From contig CP075494.1 in the NCBI GenBank assembly GCA_021613535.1, forward strand, positions 7,378,001 to 7,442,000: 64,000 nucleotides of DNA, read 5' to 3'. Shown here piece after piece: positions 1-13,303 of the stretch. The stretch's first letter is position 1. Each line of letters starts with the position of its first letter. Source of the DNA: Adineta vaga (lineage: Eukaryota; Animalia; Rotifera). The position numbers and the translations under genes were made by a program. The notes below the pieces were generated by a model that was not told where the DNA came from, did no database searches, and was given only the letters and a program-made list of their open reading frames with translations.

Positions 1-6
1 ATAAAT

Positions 7-3000
7 ATGCCTGATCCATTAACAAACGATGATAATAATAATCAACATTCGGATGTAACAAATGATAAGAAGAAAAAAGAGAAGAATTTGATTGAACAAG
101 GAAAGAAAAAACGTAAGGATCAAAAGAAATCCAAACGTGAAACTAAGGAAGAAGAACAAGTACGAACTAAAGCGAAAGGAAACACAGTACAAACAAGTGA
201 GGAAACCGATGATGAACGTGACGAAAGTGAACAAGAATTAGTGAATGCAAAACAACAAACTGCTGAAACTTCATCGAAAGCTCGTAAACGTAATAAAAAT
301 AAGACATCGACAACTCAAATAGAAACAAATGTTAAAAATACAACAATATCAACTCGAGCTCCACCTGTAACTCATCCAAAATCAACAACTAAAGATGAAG
401 TTGAAACAACAAAACAACAAACAAAAGCTCAAAATAAATCATCCGTTCAGACAACAAACAACAAACCAACAACAACACCAACCACCACTGCAAACAAAAA
501 ATCTACAGAAGTCGTAGAAGATTATGAACCATTTACAATTGTTGGTGGCAATCGACATAAATCAACAGCGCTACCATTACAGCAACAACAACAACAACAA
601 AATAAATCTGTATGTTTAAAGATTATTTTCTCAAAATAATTTACCTACTCGCTTTTTTTCTTCCTAAAGCAAGCAACACCAACTGTGGCTCCTGTGCAAC
701 AATCATCTCCAGCTCCAGTTCAACGTCAACAACCTACACAAAAGCAACCAACAACTCAAGTCAATACTTCCGCGACAACTTCACAACCAGTTCAGAAACA
801 GACAACAACGCAAGTGAATCCTTCCGCAACAACTTCACAACCTTCCAAACAACAGCAGTCAACCAAAGTCACATCTACAGTTGCCGATCTCATCAAAGGT
901 AAAATATTTTTATTTTATTCCAATTTTTAACTTTATAAATTGTTCTCTCAGTTCTTCCATCTTCCCAACTTGTCGTTACAGAATTAATGTCTGCACTTGA
1001 TGCATATCCATTATCAACTGATGAATTAGATATAATCATGCAAAAGATTGCAAATAAACAATTTCTTGTCAAACAAGATTGGAGTAAAGTAAGAAGAATA
1101 AATGAAAAGAAAACTTGATTATTCTAATATTCCTATTTTAGTTACAAATGGGTCAAAAAATTGATCCTCAAACTCATATTGGTCAAGTTTTAGATGAATC
1201 AGCTAAAGCTTATGCTGATGGTATTTATTCTTTATTGAACAAAATTTTATTCTATTTTTTTCTTCTTCTCCTCCTCCTCCTAAAGATATGAAAACCAATT
1301 CGATGAAACGTATCAAAGAATTGGCTGATGAACTTAATGCAGAAAAACGTCGTAATCATGATCTATCCAAAGAAAAAACCGAAAAAGAACGTGAAAATCA
1401 AATTCTTCATGCTCAATTAGATTCCGTTCAACATAAATCGCAATCAACACAAGCAACTTCTCAACCTCAACAACAAAAACTTCAAACACTTGAAATGCAA
1501 TTAAAGCGTTTAACTGAAGAAAACACTCATTTACAACAACAATTAACTACACCTAATACCGGAGATTCATCGAATTTGAAATTCCAATTATTAAGTGAGC
1601 AAGTGAAAAAATTATCTATGGATAATGCTAATTGGGAAAAGAAAGCTCATAGTAATGAATTATTAGCCAAAGAAGCCCAAAAAGAAAAAGACGATTTAAT
1701 TCGGTAAGAATTTTCCGTATAACTCAAACGATTGATTCAATCGAATCTTCTAACTTTTAGTTACAATGAACAATTAACTCAATCACTTCAAAATGCTGAA
1801 AAAGAATTAAAATCAATCGAAGAAAAACATCATCATCAAACAAATGAAAGACAAACATCAGATGTAAATGAACTCAAACGTCGTATTGAACAACTTGAAA
1901 CTGAAAATGAACAATTACGACGTGAAGATATTGTTCATGTTGAACCATCATCACCTACACATATTCAAACACTTACCGTAAACAATGAAGAACGTGAAGA
2001 ATTTGAAAAAGAAATTAATCAATTAAAAGAAAAGGAACGAGAATATGAAAATTTCAAACAAAAATTAACTCAAGAAATTCAAGAACAGAAAAAGACAGTT
2101 GATGATTTAAAAGTAAACGTCACTCTCAAAGTATTTGTTCATTAATCGTTTTTTCCCCTATTTTCAAGAATCAACATCAAACTCAAGAGAATGAATTACG
2201 ACAAGAAATTGACCGATTAAAACAAGTAAAATTGAAAATATATGTATCATAAACTTAATTTAACATTTGATTTTCGTTTAGGAAAAAACGAACGCTCAAC
2301 AACACGCTAATGAGTAAGAATAAAACTATCTTGTTTCCTTTCCAAGAAATAAGATTTTCTTTTTACGCTAAAGATCTCATCACCATGACGTCAATATTTT
2401 ACGAAGTGAAGTTGATCAACTTAAAGTAAGTTCAAACTAATAATTCATCTTTTTATGTTTAACGTCTTGATTAATTAAGTTAACAATTTCCAAATCAGAA
2501 GAACATCTTCGTGAAGAACGTCAAAAACAACGAGAAACTCTCACTAATCTTCTCAATGAAGATCTTCGACATCAATTACCTCATGACAAACAAGTAATTG
2601 ATCATTCTCCGCAAACAAATAATTCATCAATCGTATTGAAATGTTACTCTGTTTTAGGATTCCGATCAATGGCTTGAATCATATCGACAATTATTCGAAA
2701 CGAATAAGGTATATATCTCATAAGGATTCAATATTTTCATTGCCTTACATACACAATCACACCGCATTTGTTTTTATTTCAGCAACATGTCCATGAAGAA
2801 TCTGCTTCATTAAAACACGAAAATGATCAACTTCGCAAAAATATGAATGAGATTGTTAGTGAATTGTAATCCTTCTATTTCATTTTATTCTTCAATTCTT
2901 TGTTAGGAAAATCAATTGAAAGAAATTGAAAAAACTGTACAAAGTAAAGAAGATTCCCTACTCTCCGAATTAAAAAGTGTAAGTCTTTGATAAATGAATT

Positions 3001-3728
3001 TTTTCATTGAGTAAATTTCATTTTTTTTTCTTTCTTTTAGAAAGACTCAACCGTTGAAGCAATTCGTAATGAGAATGAACAATTAACTGGTGAAATTCAA
3101 CGTCTTCGTAATGAAATTCATCAATTACAATCGATGCATGATACATCAAACAATGAAGTTCGTGAATTAAAACATCAGCTTGACGAAAAATTTCTGCTTG
3201 CTACAAATAGTCCAGCAGTGATTGCTGTAAGGACCTTCTTCAGATTATAAGTTGCATGTTGAGGATATAGAAAATAACTTCTTCTGCTTTGCTTAGCTTA
3301 GCTTCTTTAATTTACACATTAATATCTAGTCCTTTCTTTGACTACTAATTCATCTAGGATGAATCATTTGAACTTGTTAAACAACCATCACCATCATTAT
3401 CACCGATCGTTATTGATATTCGTGCTGAACAGTTGAATGAGTTGATTCGATCAAGTAAAGAAGCACTCGAAAATCAAGATTCAATCACACAACAACTCGA
3501 TAAACATTTGAATGATATACATCCTAGTGGCCATGAAGAGGTACACTGCAAGAATGAAAAAAATTAATTCCGAGATGTTTTTGAATAGATACACTAAAAC
3601 CTAACACCGCATGCTTGCTCATCACTTTTCGAATTATTTTGTTTTTTCGAATGAAACTTATACTTTCTTTTGAATCTTTTTAGAATACAACATCAACAGT
3701 ATCTTCCACTTCCAATGAGCAATCTTAA
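7..3728 (+). CDS. RRBP1/kinectin-like ER coiled-coil protein, multi-exon, possibly 5'-incomplete
   Basis: Lys-rich then Thr/Gln-rich N-terminal region and long heptad coiled-coil exons (1288-1707, 1761-2112 and others) joined by short GT-AG introns. The segment LVVTELMSALDAYPLSTDELDIIMQKIANKQ..W resembles the conserved pre-coil segment of RRBP1/KTN1. Last exon 3684-3728 ends SNEQS*. No N-terminal TM helix lies inside the window. Confidence 0.5.
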
Positions 3729-4037
3729 TTTGTAGGCAATAGCCTTGCAATCTGTTTTCTTTTCGTCATATTTATTGCTAGATTATATTCCTTTATTATC
3801 AAGAGAAAAAAAAGAAAAAATTCTTTTGTTTTTTTTTATTGGTGCTGTTTCATTTTTTTCAACTAATGTGGTTCTGGTTTATTTATATTCTGTTTTTTTT
3901 CTTCTTCTTGTTTGCAGTCGCTTTTTACTCTTGTTGTTGATGTTATTATTGTTATTTTAAGCAAAAAAATACATCTATACTGATGATTTTCATCCGATAT
4001 AAACAAAAAAAAAACAACAACGAAAGTTTTTTGATTT

Positions 4038-4397
4038 CTAAAGTTCTTGATGTTCGGCTCCGTACCATTTGGCGACTGTTATTTTTGATTCATTATGAAG
4101 ATGAACATAACCATTATGTTGTAATTCAATATATCTATCAATTAGAGGTTCTGCTGTACGTAAGATATGCATACGAAATAATGATGAACCAAATCGACGC
4201 CAATGTTCTTCACGTGATGGACATACTTGGTGATAATCGGATGATTGAATTAATGATATTGGAAAGATATTTTCTTCCACAGAAACATCAACACATGTAT
4301 TCCAAAGATTAACAAATATAACTGAATTTACCGATACTGTTAGAAGAAACAAGCAATAAATAACAAATAATGTTCGAATTTGAGAATTGAAGTGCAT
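4038..4397 (-). CDS. Small (119 aa) single-exon secretory-pathway protein with C-terminal HQEL (KDEL-like ER retention signal)
   Basis: Signal-peptide-like N-terminus (RTLFVIYCLFLLTVSVNS/V), a globular-looking body with two Cys, and C-terminal HQEL matching [KRHQSA]-[DENQ]-E-L. Confidence 0.7.
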   Translation of the reverse strand: MHFNSQIRTLFVIYCLFLLTVSVNSVIFVNLWNTCVDVSVEENIFPISLIQSSDYHQVCPSREEHWRRFGSSLFRMHILRTAEPLIDRYIELQHNGYVHLHNESKITVAKWYGAEHQEL

Positions 4398-5482
4398 ATT
4401 TTATTTTATGTAAATGAAAGGACTCTTTCGAGTATGTATGACAATGAAAGAATAACAAATCATGCGTAACTGAACACGTACACACGAGAAAAAAAAGGAG
4501 ACGAGTCAGCAATTTACCCAATCAATGTCATGTTTTCTTACTTCGAGAGACACGTTATACTTAATGAAAGTTCGTTGATATCTTATCGTGATATGAGACG
4601 ATTTTATTTAAACTGATTAGATTGAACATTTGTCTATACTTTCGACAATTATTCTTGACAGAATTTTTACATCGGTTGCGTATTTGATTTGTATATTTTC
4701 TTCGTTCGATGAGTCATTTGATACTTTGTAATGTCTCGTCTACAATACTCGATAATAAAATAAACAGAAGTATAATACACGATGAGAAGTATTGATGATG
4801 TTTATAAATATTCTCAAGGTAAAGTGTTCAACAATAATAATTCGAATGTATGAATTTCGTTAAGAAAACAAAATTTAATGCTTTTTTTGTCAGCATAACA
4901 AAAAAAACCATGAAAAATTAATTCTACGCATAAGACATAAAACCTTCGAAGACAGTCCTTAAATAACATATTAGTCTGAATGATTTGACTCGTCTCCTAA
5001 CCATTCTGTCCTTTTCAATAAGGACAAAGATAAATCCATAAAAAAATGAACTTAATTCATATTAATAGCTTTCAAGGAAATGTACTAATGATGTGATAGA
5101 GACGATTCATAGGTATCACAATACATCTTCCAAACAATAGTATTACATCATATATGTCTATCATTTGATTGTAGAGCAAGTAGAATGAAGACATAAGATT
5201 AAGTTATAGACAAAACTACTTGAATTACTTGTCTCAACTGATAAACTAAATTGAAGATTAAAATAAATGCATCTTTTTTCATAGACACAAACAACATTAT
5301 ATTTCGTTTTAATCAATGACAAAAAACATAATTAACTTAATTCAACAAAAACTTTCTTCTCGTTCGTATAGAAATTAAAATAAAAATATCGACTAAATAT
5401 TTATGTATATATGTATATATCTGACTTCATTCCGTTGTCGATGATTTTACTGTTCATTGAAATAAATTCAATAAAGAATGAA

Positions 5483-6474
5483 TTAAACACGTGTTATATC
5501 AATAAAACTAGTCGGTCGTGATTCATCAATATACGGAATATCGTCAAGATTATCGTAATAAAATGGTCCAATTGGAATTTTTTCATTTATAGTCATTGAA
5601 GATGAAGGCACATTAGATTTCCCAGAAAATTGAGATGTTTTCGTAGGTTTAGGTTTTTTCTTTTCAGACTAGAATTTAACAAAAAGAAAAATTCAAATAG
5701 AAGCAAAATACAAATCTTACAGAAGTCGTTCGAGAGATTTTCTCCGATTGTTCAGGTATGAGAAGATGATCTTGTTTTCTATGACGTTTAGAATTTCGAC
5801 GTCTAAAAAAAAATAATCAAATCTAATTAGCAATTCTAATCACTTTCATAATAACTTTTTAGGTTTCGATATAACTACGTAAGATTTCATCGATTTCCTT
5901 TTGAAAAAAGAATTCTTTCATTAAATAAACAAACAAGCAATAGATTGCTTCTTCATTGACTCATTTCCATAAACCAACGGAATATTTATAAATAATGCCC
6001 AGAGGAAAATGCATGTTTTTTTGGTTCAACAATCAACTGATTTTTGTTCTCGAGAATCATTCTTTGATATAAACAATACGTTTCTATAGTCAACGCAACA
6101 TATGTGCATCATATTTTTGAATGCGTGATAAAAATCGGTATAGTATGTCTTCTCATACAATGATAAAATTTCGTTTAGTATGAAAACAAATATATATATA
6201 TATATATATGAATTCTTTATACATACCGGTTAAGACAAATGAAAATAAACAAAACCGTTGATATTGTAATACAAACAAGAACAATTATGATCGCAATTGT
6301 AAGAAGTAATAATCGTAGAGCTTCATTATTCGCTTCCGAATTTTGATTAAATGATAACATTAAAGTGTTATTTATTGTGACATTAGAAGCAGACAGAGTT
6401 TGATCAATGATTCCATCACCTGCCGGTAAATTGTAAGATCCATCCAAACCCATATTCTCCGTTAAATCATTCAT
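5483..6474 (-). CDS. Single-pass membrane protein of about 185 aa, 4 exons, with a PDZ-ligand C-terminus
   Basis: Exons 6474-6227, 5897-5856, 5802-5721 and 5668-5483 splice in frame with GT-AG ends. TM LLLLTIAIIIVLVCITISTVLFIFICL, polybasic juxtamembrane region, ends YDNLDDIPYIDESRPTSFIDITRV*. Confidence 0.75.
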
Positions 6475-9234
6475 AATTTATTCCGGAATATAAACTATCA
6501 AGTGTAACAAAAGTAAAAGACGTTGATCGGTAGTGTGTGTATGTATGTAGTATATATATATATATATATCTGTAGACAAGAAGAAAAAAAAGGCATAGAC
6601 TACAGTCAATATATATATATTACAAGAGGAGAAAAAAAAGAACTGATTGAATTACTAAAATATCAAGAAGAGAAAAAAAAATGGTGACCTTCAGATAACA
6701 AATGGATTGAAATTTAGCTTGCATATTGACGCATTACTAATATATCGAAATCCTTTCTTTCTTATTGTAAAAGCTCATAATTTTAATTCATATGAAGAGA
6801 AAAAAACATGGTTGTGAATTTTAATTTACTTTTCAAGGTAAATTAATGTGAACAGATGGTAGAGACGAAAGTTCGTTATAGACTACTCTATACCTTCAAT
6901 AATGATAATGATTTTTTTTTCTTTCTTTCTATTCAACAGTTTCTATTCTTGCCTTGAGGAAACGACCATGTTAATGAGCGTAATGTTGTCGCTATTTCTA
7001 TCCGTTCCAATGACGTCGAACATCAACAAGAAAAAGAAAAAAATATATAAATATGTATACACATTCGATTCTTCACATTTACACACACACAATTCATATT
7101 TACTTGGTAAAGATAGAAAAAAAACGCAGATGAGATAATGCCAAAACATCATTTTCTAAGAAGAGATAATGAAAGCTATTTCTTCTTTTTTTTCTCTTTC
7201 TATTCTTCTTCTTCTTTTTTAGGCTCATTGATGAAGTCTTCTATTGACACAATTGATGATGACATTCAGTTCAAGAATACAGGGAAAAAAAAAACTTAAT
7301 CTGATCTTCGAAGCTTTCTTCTAATAATTTAATATCAATGTTCATTGTTCACTATTTGAAAGAATAGTAACATTATAGAAACGAACATATGTTCTTCAGG
7401 TCGAAAGAGAACAATTCTATGTAAGTAATAGATGTAAAAATCTAATGACAATCGAAGACTAGACATTGGTCATTTTAACGATGAGTGCATAAAACGATGA
7501 AATGTTTTCTTTTAATTCAAAAAATTGACATAGAACAGGTACAAACGTTTACGCTTACTAAAAGAAAAATCTTTGTAGTACAAACGCATGTAAATAGTAT
7601 GATTGATTAACAAGAAAATCTCTCAGTCGAGGTTGAATATATATATATATATATTCAGTCAATTGGTACATAATCTAGGGACTTTCATATGTAATAATAG
7701 GAATATTACTACAAAGCAAAAAAAGAGAAAAGAAATGAAAGACATCAGTAACAACCAAACGCAAGAAAAATATGTCTTTATCTTTCTTTGTTTTTTCTTC
7801 TTGAAATTCGACGCTCATTCGACTTACTTTAATTATCCTCGTATTATATGTAGATATGGATACTTAATTATCGACTTTATTATTAATTCTTCTTCTTTAT
7901 TTAGTCGGTATACATTTCTTTCTTCTTTGTTCTATGTTTTTCACAAATCACAAGTTAATCTCAGCATGCACTCTATTATTATCTTATTTCCGTTCAATTG
8001 AAAACTTTACGTACGATAGTCACTCACTTTCATTGTTAATTGTTCCAAAGACGTGCATGCTATGTGACGTCTGTCTCTTCCTTTCTTTCAGACATGATTA
8101 GACTCATCGAAAAAATCGAAAGATAGACGCATCGGGAAACATCTAATGCAGACAAATCTGAAGACATACTTCAATTAGTCATCATCATTGTCATCGAAGC
8201 TAGAGACATAAGGTGTCATGAACAGACGAGAGAAAGAAAGAGAGAGAGAGAGAATGTTCATTCATCAATGTCGTTAATACAATAGGACTTGTTGCTTGGC
8301 TGCGATCGATCAAATAAATATGGTCATAGTGTAGATGTAGAAAGAGAATCTCAGACAAATGACACACACGACATATATATTAACGACGAGAGAGCGACAA
8401 GTGAATAAATTTCTTGGCAAGACGAAAAAGAAAAAAGGGCCACATTTTTGTATGAAACAAAAAAGATCGACTCAATGGAAGTTAATGTTTTTCAAGGGGT
8501 TGTTGTTTTTATTCATGACGAAAAAATTGTTTTTCACCTTGAAAACCTTCCATCATCTTTTTCGTTACTTACTTACACATAATAATCTATTAGTGAATTT
8601 TTTTTTTCGAGTACAACAATTTTTCTCTGTTGATCGTTAATCTATGCTCAATTCATTCACTATTTAGTATTGCATATAAAAAGAAAGTTATTTCCTCTTC
8701 TCTTTCGAAAGACAATGTCTATATCGGAAGTCTTTTTCAATAATTAATCATCAATTCATTTATAATTTTCTTCGGCAAAGCTAAATCGTCAATATTATTG
8801 AAATAGAAAAAGAAAGAAAGACATTTCTCACGAGATTTACCGTTATGTTATTAACTCGACATCACTGTCTAAATCTTTCAACTATTTTATTTTTACATAA
8901 AAATCAAATGAGATGTTTTTTGACATAATGGAATACGTCTTCTATTATTCTTTGTCTTGTTATTGCTTGATTTTGTATCGTGAGACAAGACGATTGCCTG
9001 TCATCATTCGTTTTCAATACGCTTGATGAAAACAAAGTAGTGTTTGTTATCTATATTTAACGAAGTAGAAGAAGAAAAAATATAATGCTATATAGTTTTC
9101 TCGTAGTTTTTGTTTATTAGCAGAGAATCTTTGTTCGAGACATGCAAAAAGATAATAAGAAAAAGCTAAACAATTAAGTATATTGTAGAATTGTGTTTTC
9201 AGATCTAGTCGAATCGACAACAACGAATTGAGCT

Positions 9235-11105
9235 TTATAATTCCGTAAAACTGTAATCACGATTTATTCCTAGAGCACGAAATGCTAATGGACATGTAAA
9301 AGCAATATTAAATCCAATTATAAAATAAGTTAGATAATAGTAGGGCATTTCAATCTTGGCATAACGTTTAGAATCGGGATTTTTCCAATCAAGACCATAG
9401 AAAGTACATGCATAACGTAATACAATTGTTTTAACTATTTGTCTTGTTGTAGCAACAATTAATAAACCGATAATTGTACGTAAGCACCAAAGACCTAGAT
9501 CTGGTTCAAGAATAGCATAAATCGGTGGCATAATTGGTCTTTCAAGTAAACCCAATTTATTCATAACTGTTGTTGCTGATAGAAAACCAAATGTACTTCC
9601 TAAAATAATAGTTGTATCCGAACGAGCAGTTGACCATTGTTTTACACTTGGATAACATTTTATCAGAAATATTCCAAGTAAAAAGCCAAGTATCGGTGAT
9701 GAACTATAATCTAATACAAAATTATCAATTGTATCAACATGAGAAAACGTTAGAAATACTAATATCAATGCGTATATCGTACCACCAATGATATCCTAGA
9801 AGAAAAGAAATCTATGTGAAATAAAATTTTTAAGGGAAAAATTCGTATGGAGAGATAGTTAGAATGCTGACATATCACAATATTCTCCATAGTACAGTTA
9901 TGTAAATTCAAAAACGTTACATTTTCATCGATTTGATGTGTTTGATTAAGCCGATCTATTTCAATCCATGATCAACGAACAATTTGTCTACCTTCATCAT
10001 CGTGTAACAAGAGATGTGTAGCACTTCAGTTATAAAAAAAAGTACATATTTCCTCTAGCAAGGCAAGCTGTGACCTTCTATCAAGTGTATACACTAGTAA
10101 AATGAGACGATTCTTTTTTTTGCAGATACTTGAAAGGAAAAGAAAGCGTTTTTTATTGACTCATATCAAAAGGTAATGAGGTGACGATCTTTTGATAAAA
10201 ACTTACAAGAAATGAATGCATGCCAAGATATATTCGACTGAGACAAACCCATAGACATATAATTGATGCACAGATTAATCCAATCGTTAGATCAAACTGA
10301 AGCAAATCAATAAAGATATTTTTATTCAATTCTATTGATTGATATTACCTCATATCGTTGATAAGATAGAAAAACAAGTGAGAATGGAATGCCAGCTGCA
10401 AACATTGCATGTGTTGAAGGAAATCCATACTCTTCAACATAACTAAATATATCCGAAAAAGAAATACGAATAATTAATGTTCGAAAAAGAGAAACTTCTT
10501 TCTACCGTTTTTCTAATTGTAATACTGGAGGTGATGATGGTCGTGGTATCTGTAAAATATCTTTTGATGCTTGACCAATATACATAAAAAATGCCCAAAG
10601 TATTGAAACTTTTCTCGCCACACATCCATCGACATTCCATATCCTACATCGAAAGCAACTATAAACGGCCATTTTTTGTCCTTAAAATTTGAACTAACCA
10701 TGTCGGAAAAAATAAAATGTAGAAAATTTCATTTCCTAATGCAGATCCAAGTTGAAAAAAATAATACCAAAACCACGATGTTACTTTATAATCTACATCT
10801 GTTGAGTTAGGATTTTCGGTTTTATTTTGATTATTACTATGTTCGATTTCTTGAAGACATTCATCGAGAACATTTTTGTCATAAGTTACTTTTCTTTCAT
10901 GATGTCGATTGTATAAACCATTGAGTATTTGAGCAGTAGTATTATTATTACTATTTTTTTCATTAATATTCTTTTTCTTTTCAATTTTGGGAATCAGATC
11001 TGGTTGACGATTAGCAAGTGGTCGAATACCAAAATAATGTTGAAATCGTGCAACATGTTCAGCTTCATTAAGCCAAAAAATAAACGAACGAATTGGATTC
11101 AACAT
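9235..11105 (-). CDS. SGPP1: Sphingosine-1-phosphate phosphatase (PAP2 family), 5 coding exons
   Basis: Motifs VARFQ, LGNEIFYILFFP, YIGQASKDI..PRPSSPP, EYGFPSTHA, LSRIYLGMHSFLDIIGG and WSTARSDTTIILG. The likely ATG is at 11105. SGPP1 versus SGPP2 cannot be resolved. Confidence 0.92.
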
Positions 11106-11669
11106 TAATCTATCTAAAATATAAGATTCATTTGATAGAGAAACGAAAGATAATAGCATGATTGTTTGAAGTAAAAAGGTGTAATTATACAGGTTGAATA
11201 ACAAAACATGTTTTTATGCTTCTTCTAGGTTTGAATCGTAAGACAATTTATTGATTGATTGATGAGTCACTGTTAACTTTTCTAATTCTTTTGGAAAAAA
11301 AGCTATTGGATGTCAATTAAGAAGACGTCTAGCGCCATTGTCGTTTATATATCAAAGAAATAGACGATAATGAACATTAATATTCACTTTTAAATGAACT
11401 TCAACTATATTAGTATGATAAAAAGTTTATTCGTTGATTTTTATCACCATAGTAACAGTTGCGGATGATGGCGACATTAGGTAAATATACAGTCGTCAAA
11501 TCAATTGCTGGAAGTTATTTGATTCAAATTTTTCAAAATGTTGAATCGTATAACACTGACAATAAAAGTAAGGTGGATCGATGATAGAGGACGTACACAA
11601 ATCTATTTTTCAAACACACGATAACAGTCATTGAACTTTGTTGATGGCTTTTCATTTAGATAATAACAT

Positions 11670-12074
11670 ATGTCATTTCGTAGTTCATTTGCAGTTCGAA
11701 GAACTAAACCTCGAAAAGCCGTCTCTCGTTCACCACTGAAATTACCAGCTGAAGAACTTGCACGTGAACTTGGACCACGATATCAAACAATTGATGCACG
11801 TATTGGAAATCAACGACTAGTTTATGATATATTACAAGGTGTTTGGACATCTGGTAGGTATTCTTTCATGAATTGATTTGTATAGCAACGATTTATTTTT
11901 TATTATTTAGGTGGAAATGTTGGTACACCAGTTACTTCACGAGGATTGATGAAATTAGAAAAAACGAAAAAAGAATTGGAAGAAGATAATCAAACTTTAC
12001 GTACTAAAATTGAGACGTTATTAGAAATGTTAGCTGAAGTCACTGCTGAATATGATGTTCGACGTGGTGCTTAA
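11670..12074 (+). CDS. CBY1: Chibby family protein (basal body, beta-catenin antagonist), 2 exons: 11670-11853 and 11911-12074
   Basis: F..R...RKA.S N-terminus, ELG.Y, G.W, and the C-terminal coil LEEDNQTLRTKIETLLEMLAEVTAE, which resembles Chibby LEEENNLLRLKVDILLDMLSESTAE. Confidence 0.88.
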
Positions 12075-12772
12075 AGATTAGTTATTTTGTATTTTTGTTT
12101 GTAAAAAATTGATAGAAAAGAAGAAACTATTAGGTAGAATTAGATAACGTTCTTATTCAAATGAAATCAAAATCTTCTAATAAAACTGGCAATCATCCAT
12201 TGGAATTGTTCTCGTTATTTTAGAGAACTCTAAATTGAATCTGATCAGATCATTACAAGAAACATCATTGCACCATCAGCTTTTCTTAGTTAATAAAAGA
12301 TATTATACTAAATAAATATTTGACAATATGAATTTTTCAAAGTCACTTCTCGACGAATTGTTCTTTCTCATATTGGTTTAATTATTTGTGTACATTTTCT
12401 AATATCAGATACATATTAAATAATAGACATCTTATGAAGTATGAGAATGCTTACAATCGCTTAATGGTATCTATAGTTAATTACTTTGCTTGTACAATGC
12501 TATTTCTCTAGGTTTTTATTTTATACAAACTGCTATCATACAAATGCACATAGTATATGCTCTGTATTGAGACTTAGAAGAATAGATTTTTTATAGATAA
12601 ATTTAGTAATGACGATTTAAATTTTATTTCCATAAATGTAAAATATATTCAACACATCCTTTAAAGAAATCGATAAAAAAAAGAACAGCATAATTTACTG
12701 GTAGATATGTTAAGAGAAAATCGAAAATTCAAAAGAAATAAGAAAGCAGTTCGAGAAAATTACTGGAAATAA

Positions 12773-13303
12773 TCATTTGTGTTCAACCCAAACCTTAGCA
12801 TCTTCCCAGTGCCCTGTTGGTTTGCCTGATTTGCAGCAAACACCTAAACAGCAGCATATGCAAAGTAAAAACAAAATACCGATAACAATACCAGCGATAG
12901 CACCACCAGACAATGTACTATCTGAACTTGTAGTCGAATAGGTGTTAGCCGCTCTACCAATAATACTAACACCAGCTCTTCCTAAAATCAATCCATATGA
13001 GACTGTTGAATTCGGTATGTATGTGATGTTATTTGTCACGCTGACAGCGTAGTGGTATTCGTTGTAGCAACAGCAGATGTTTCGTCAACTATGATTTGTT
13101 GTGGTGTTGTTTTGGATAAAGTCGATGATTCCAACTCAGTCACTTCGTTGCTAACTGTGATAAGAGTTGGAACTGCATTAACTGAAACTGCCAAGAGAAA
13201 ACCTAAACATATCAACGTTCATATATTTTTGTGTTATTATTTTCTACTCACCTAAGAAAATGATGACTGTTTGTAATCCACCGATTGAATAAATGAAATG
13301 CAT
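12773..13303 (-). pseudogene. Small mucin-like type I membrane protein with a 1-nt frameshift near 13041 (pseudogene or assembly error)
   Basis: Exon 1 13303-13252, 49-nt intron, exon 2 from 13202. Signal peptide MHFIYSIGGLQTVIIFLGFLLAVSVNA and a Thr/Ser-rich stalk stop at TGA 13038-13036. The rest (VTNNITYIPNST...LSGGAIAGIVIGILFLLCICCCLGVCCK) is in another frame. TATAAAA lies about 60 nt upstream. Confidence 0.7.

Noticed and set aside
6902-8640. Several 70-130 aa ORFs rich in F, I, L and K
   Set aside because: Composition reflects AT-rich and simple-repeat DNA. No motifs or consistent exon chain; probably the upstream or UTR region of the 6474 gene.
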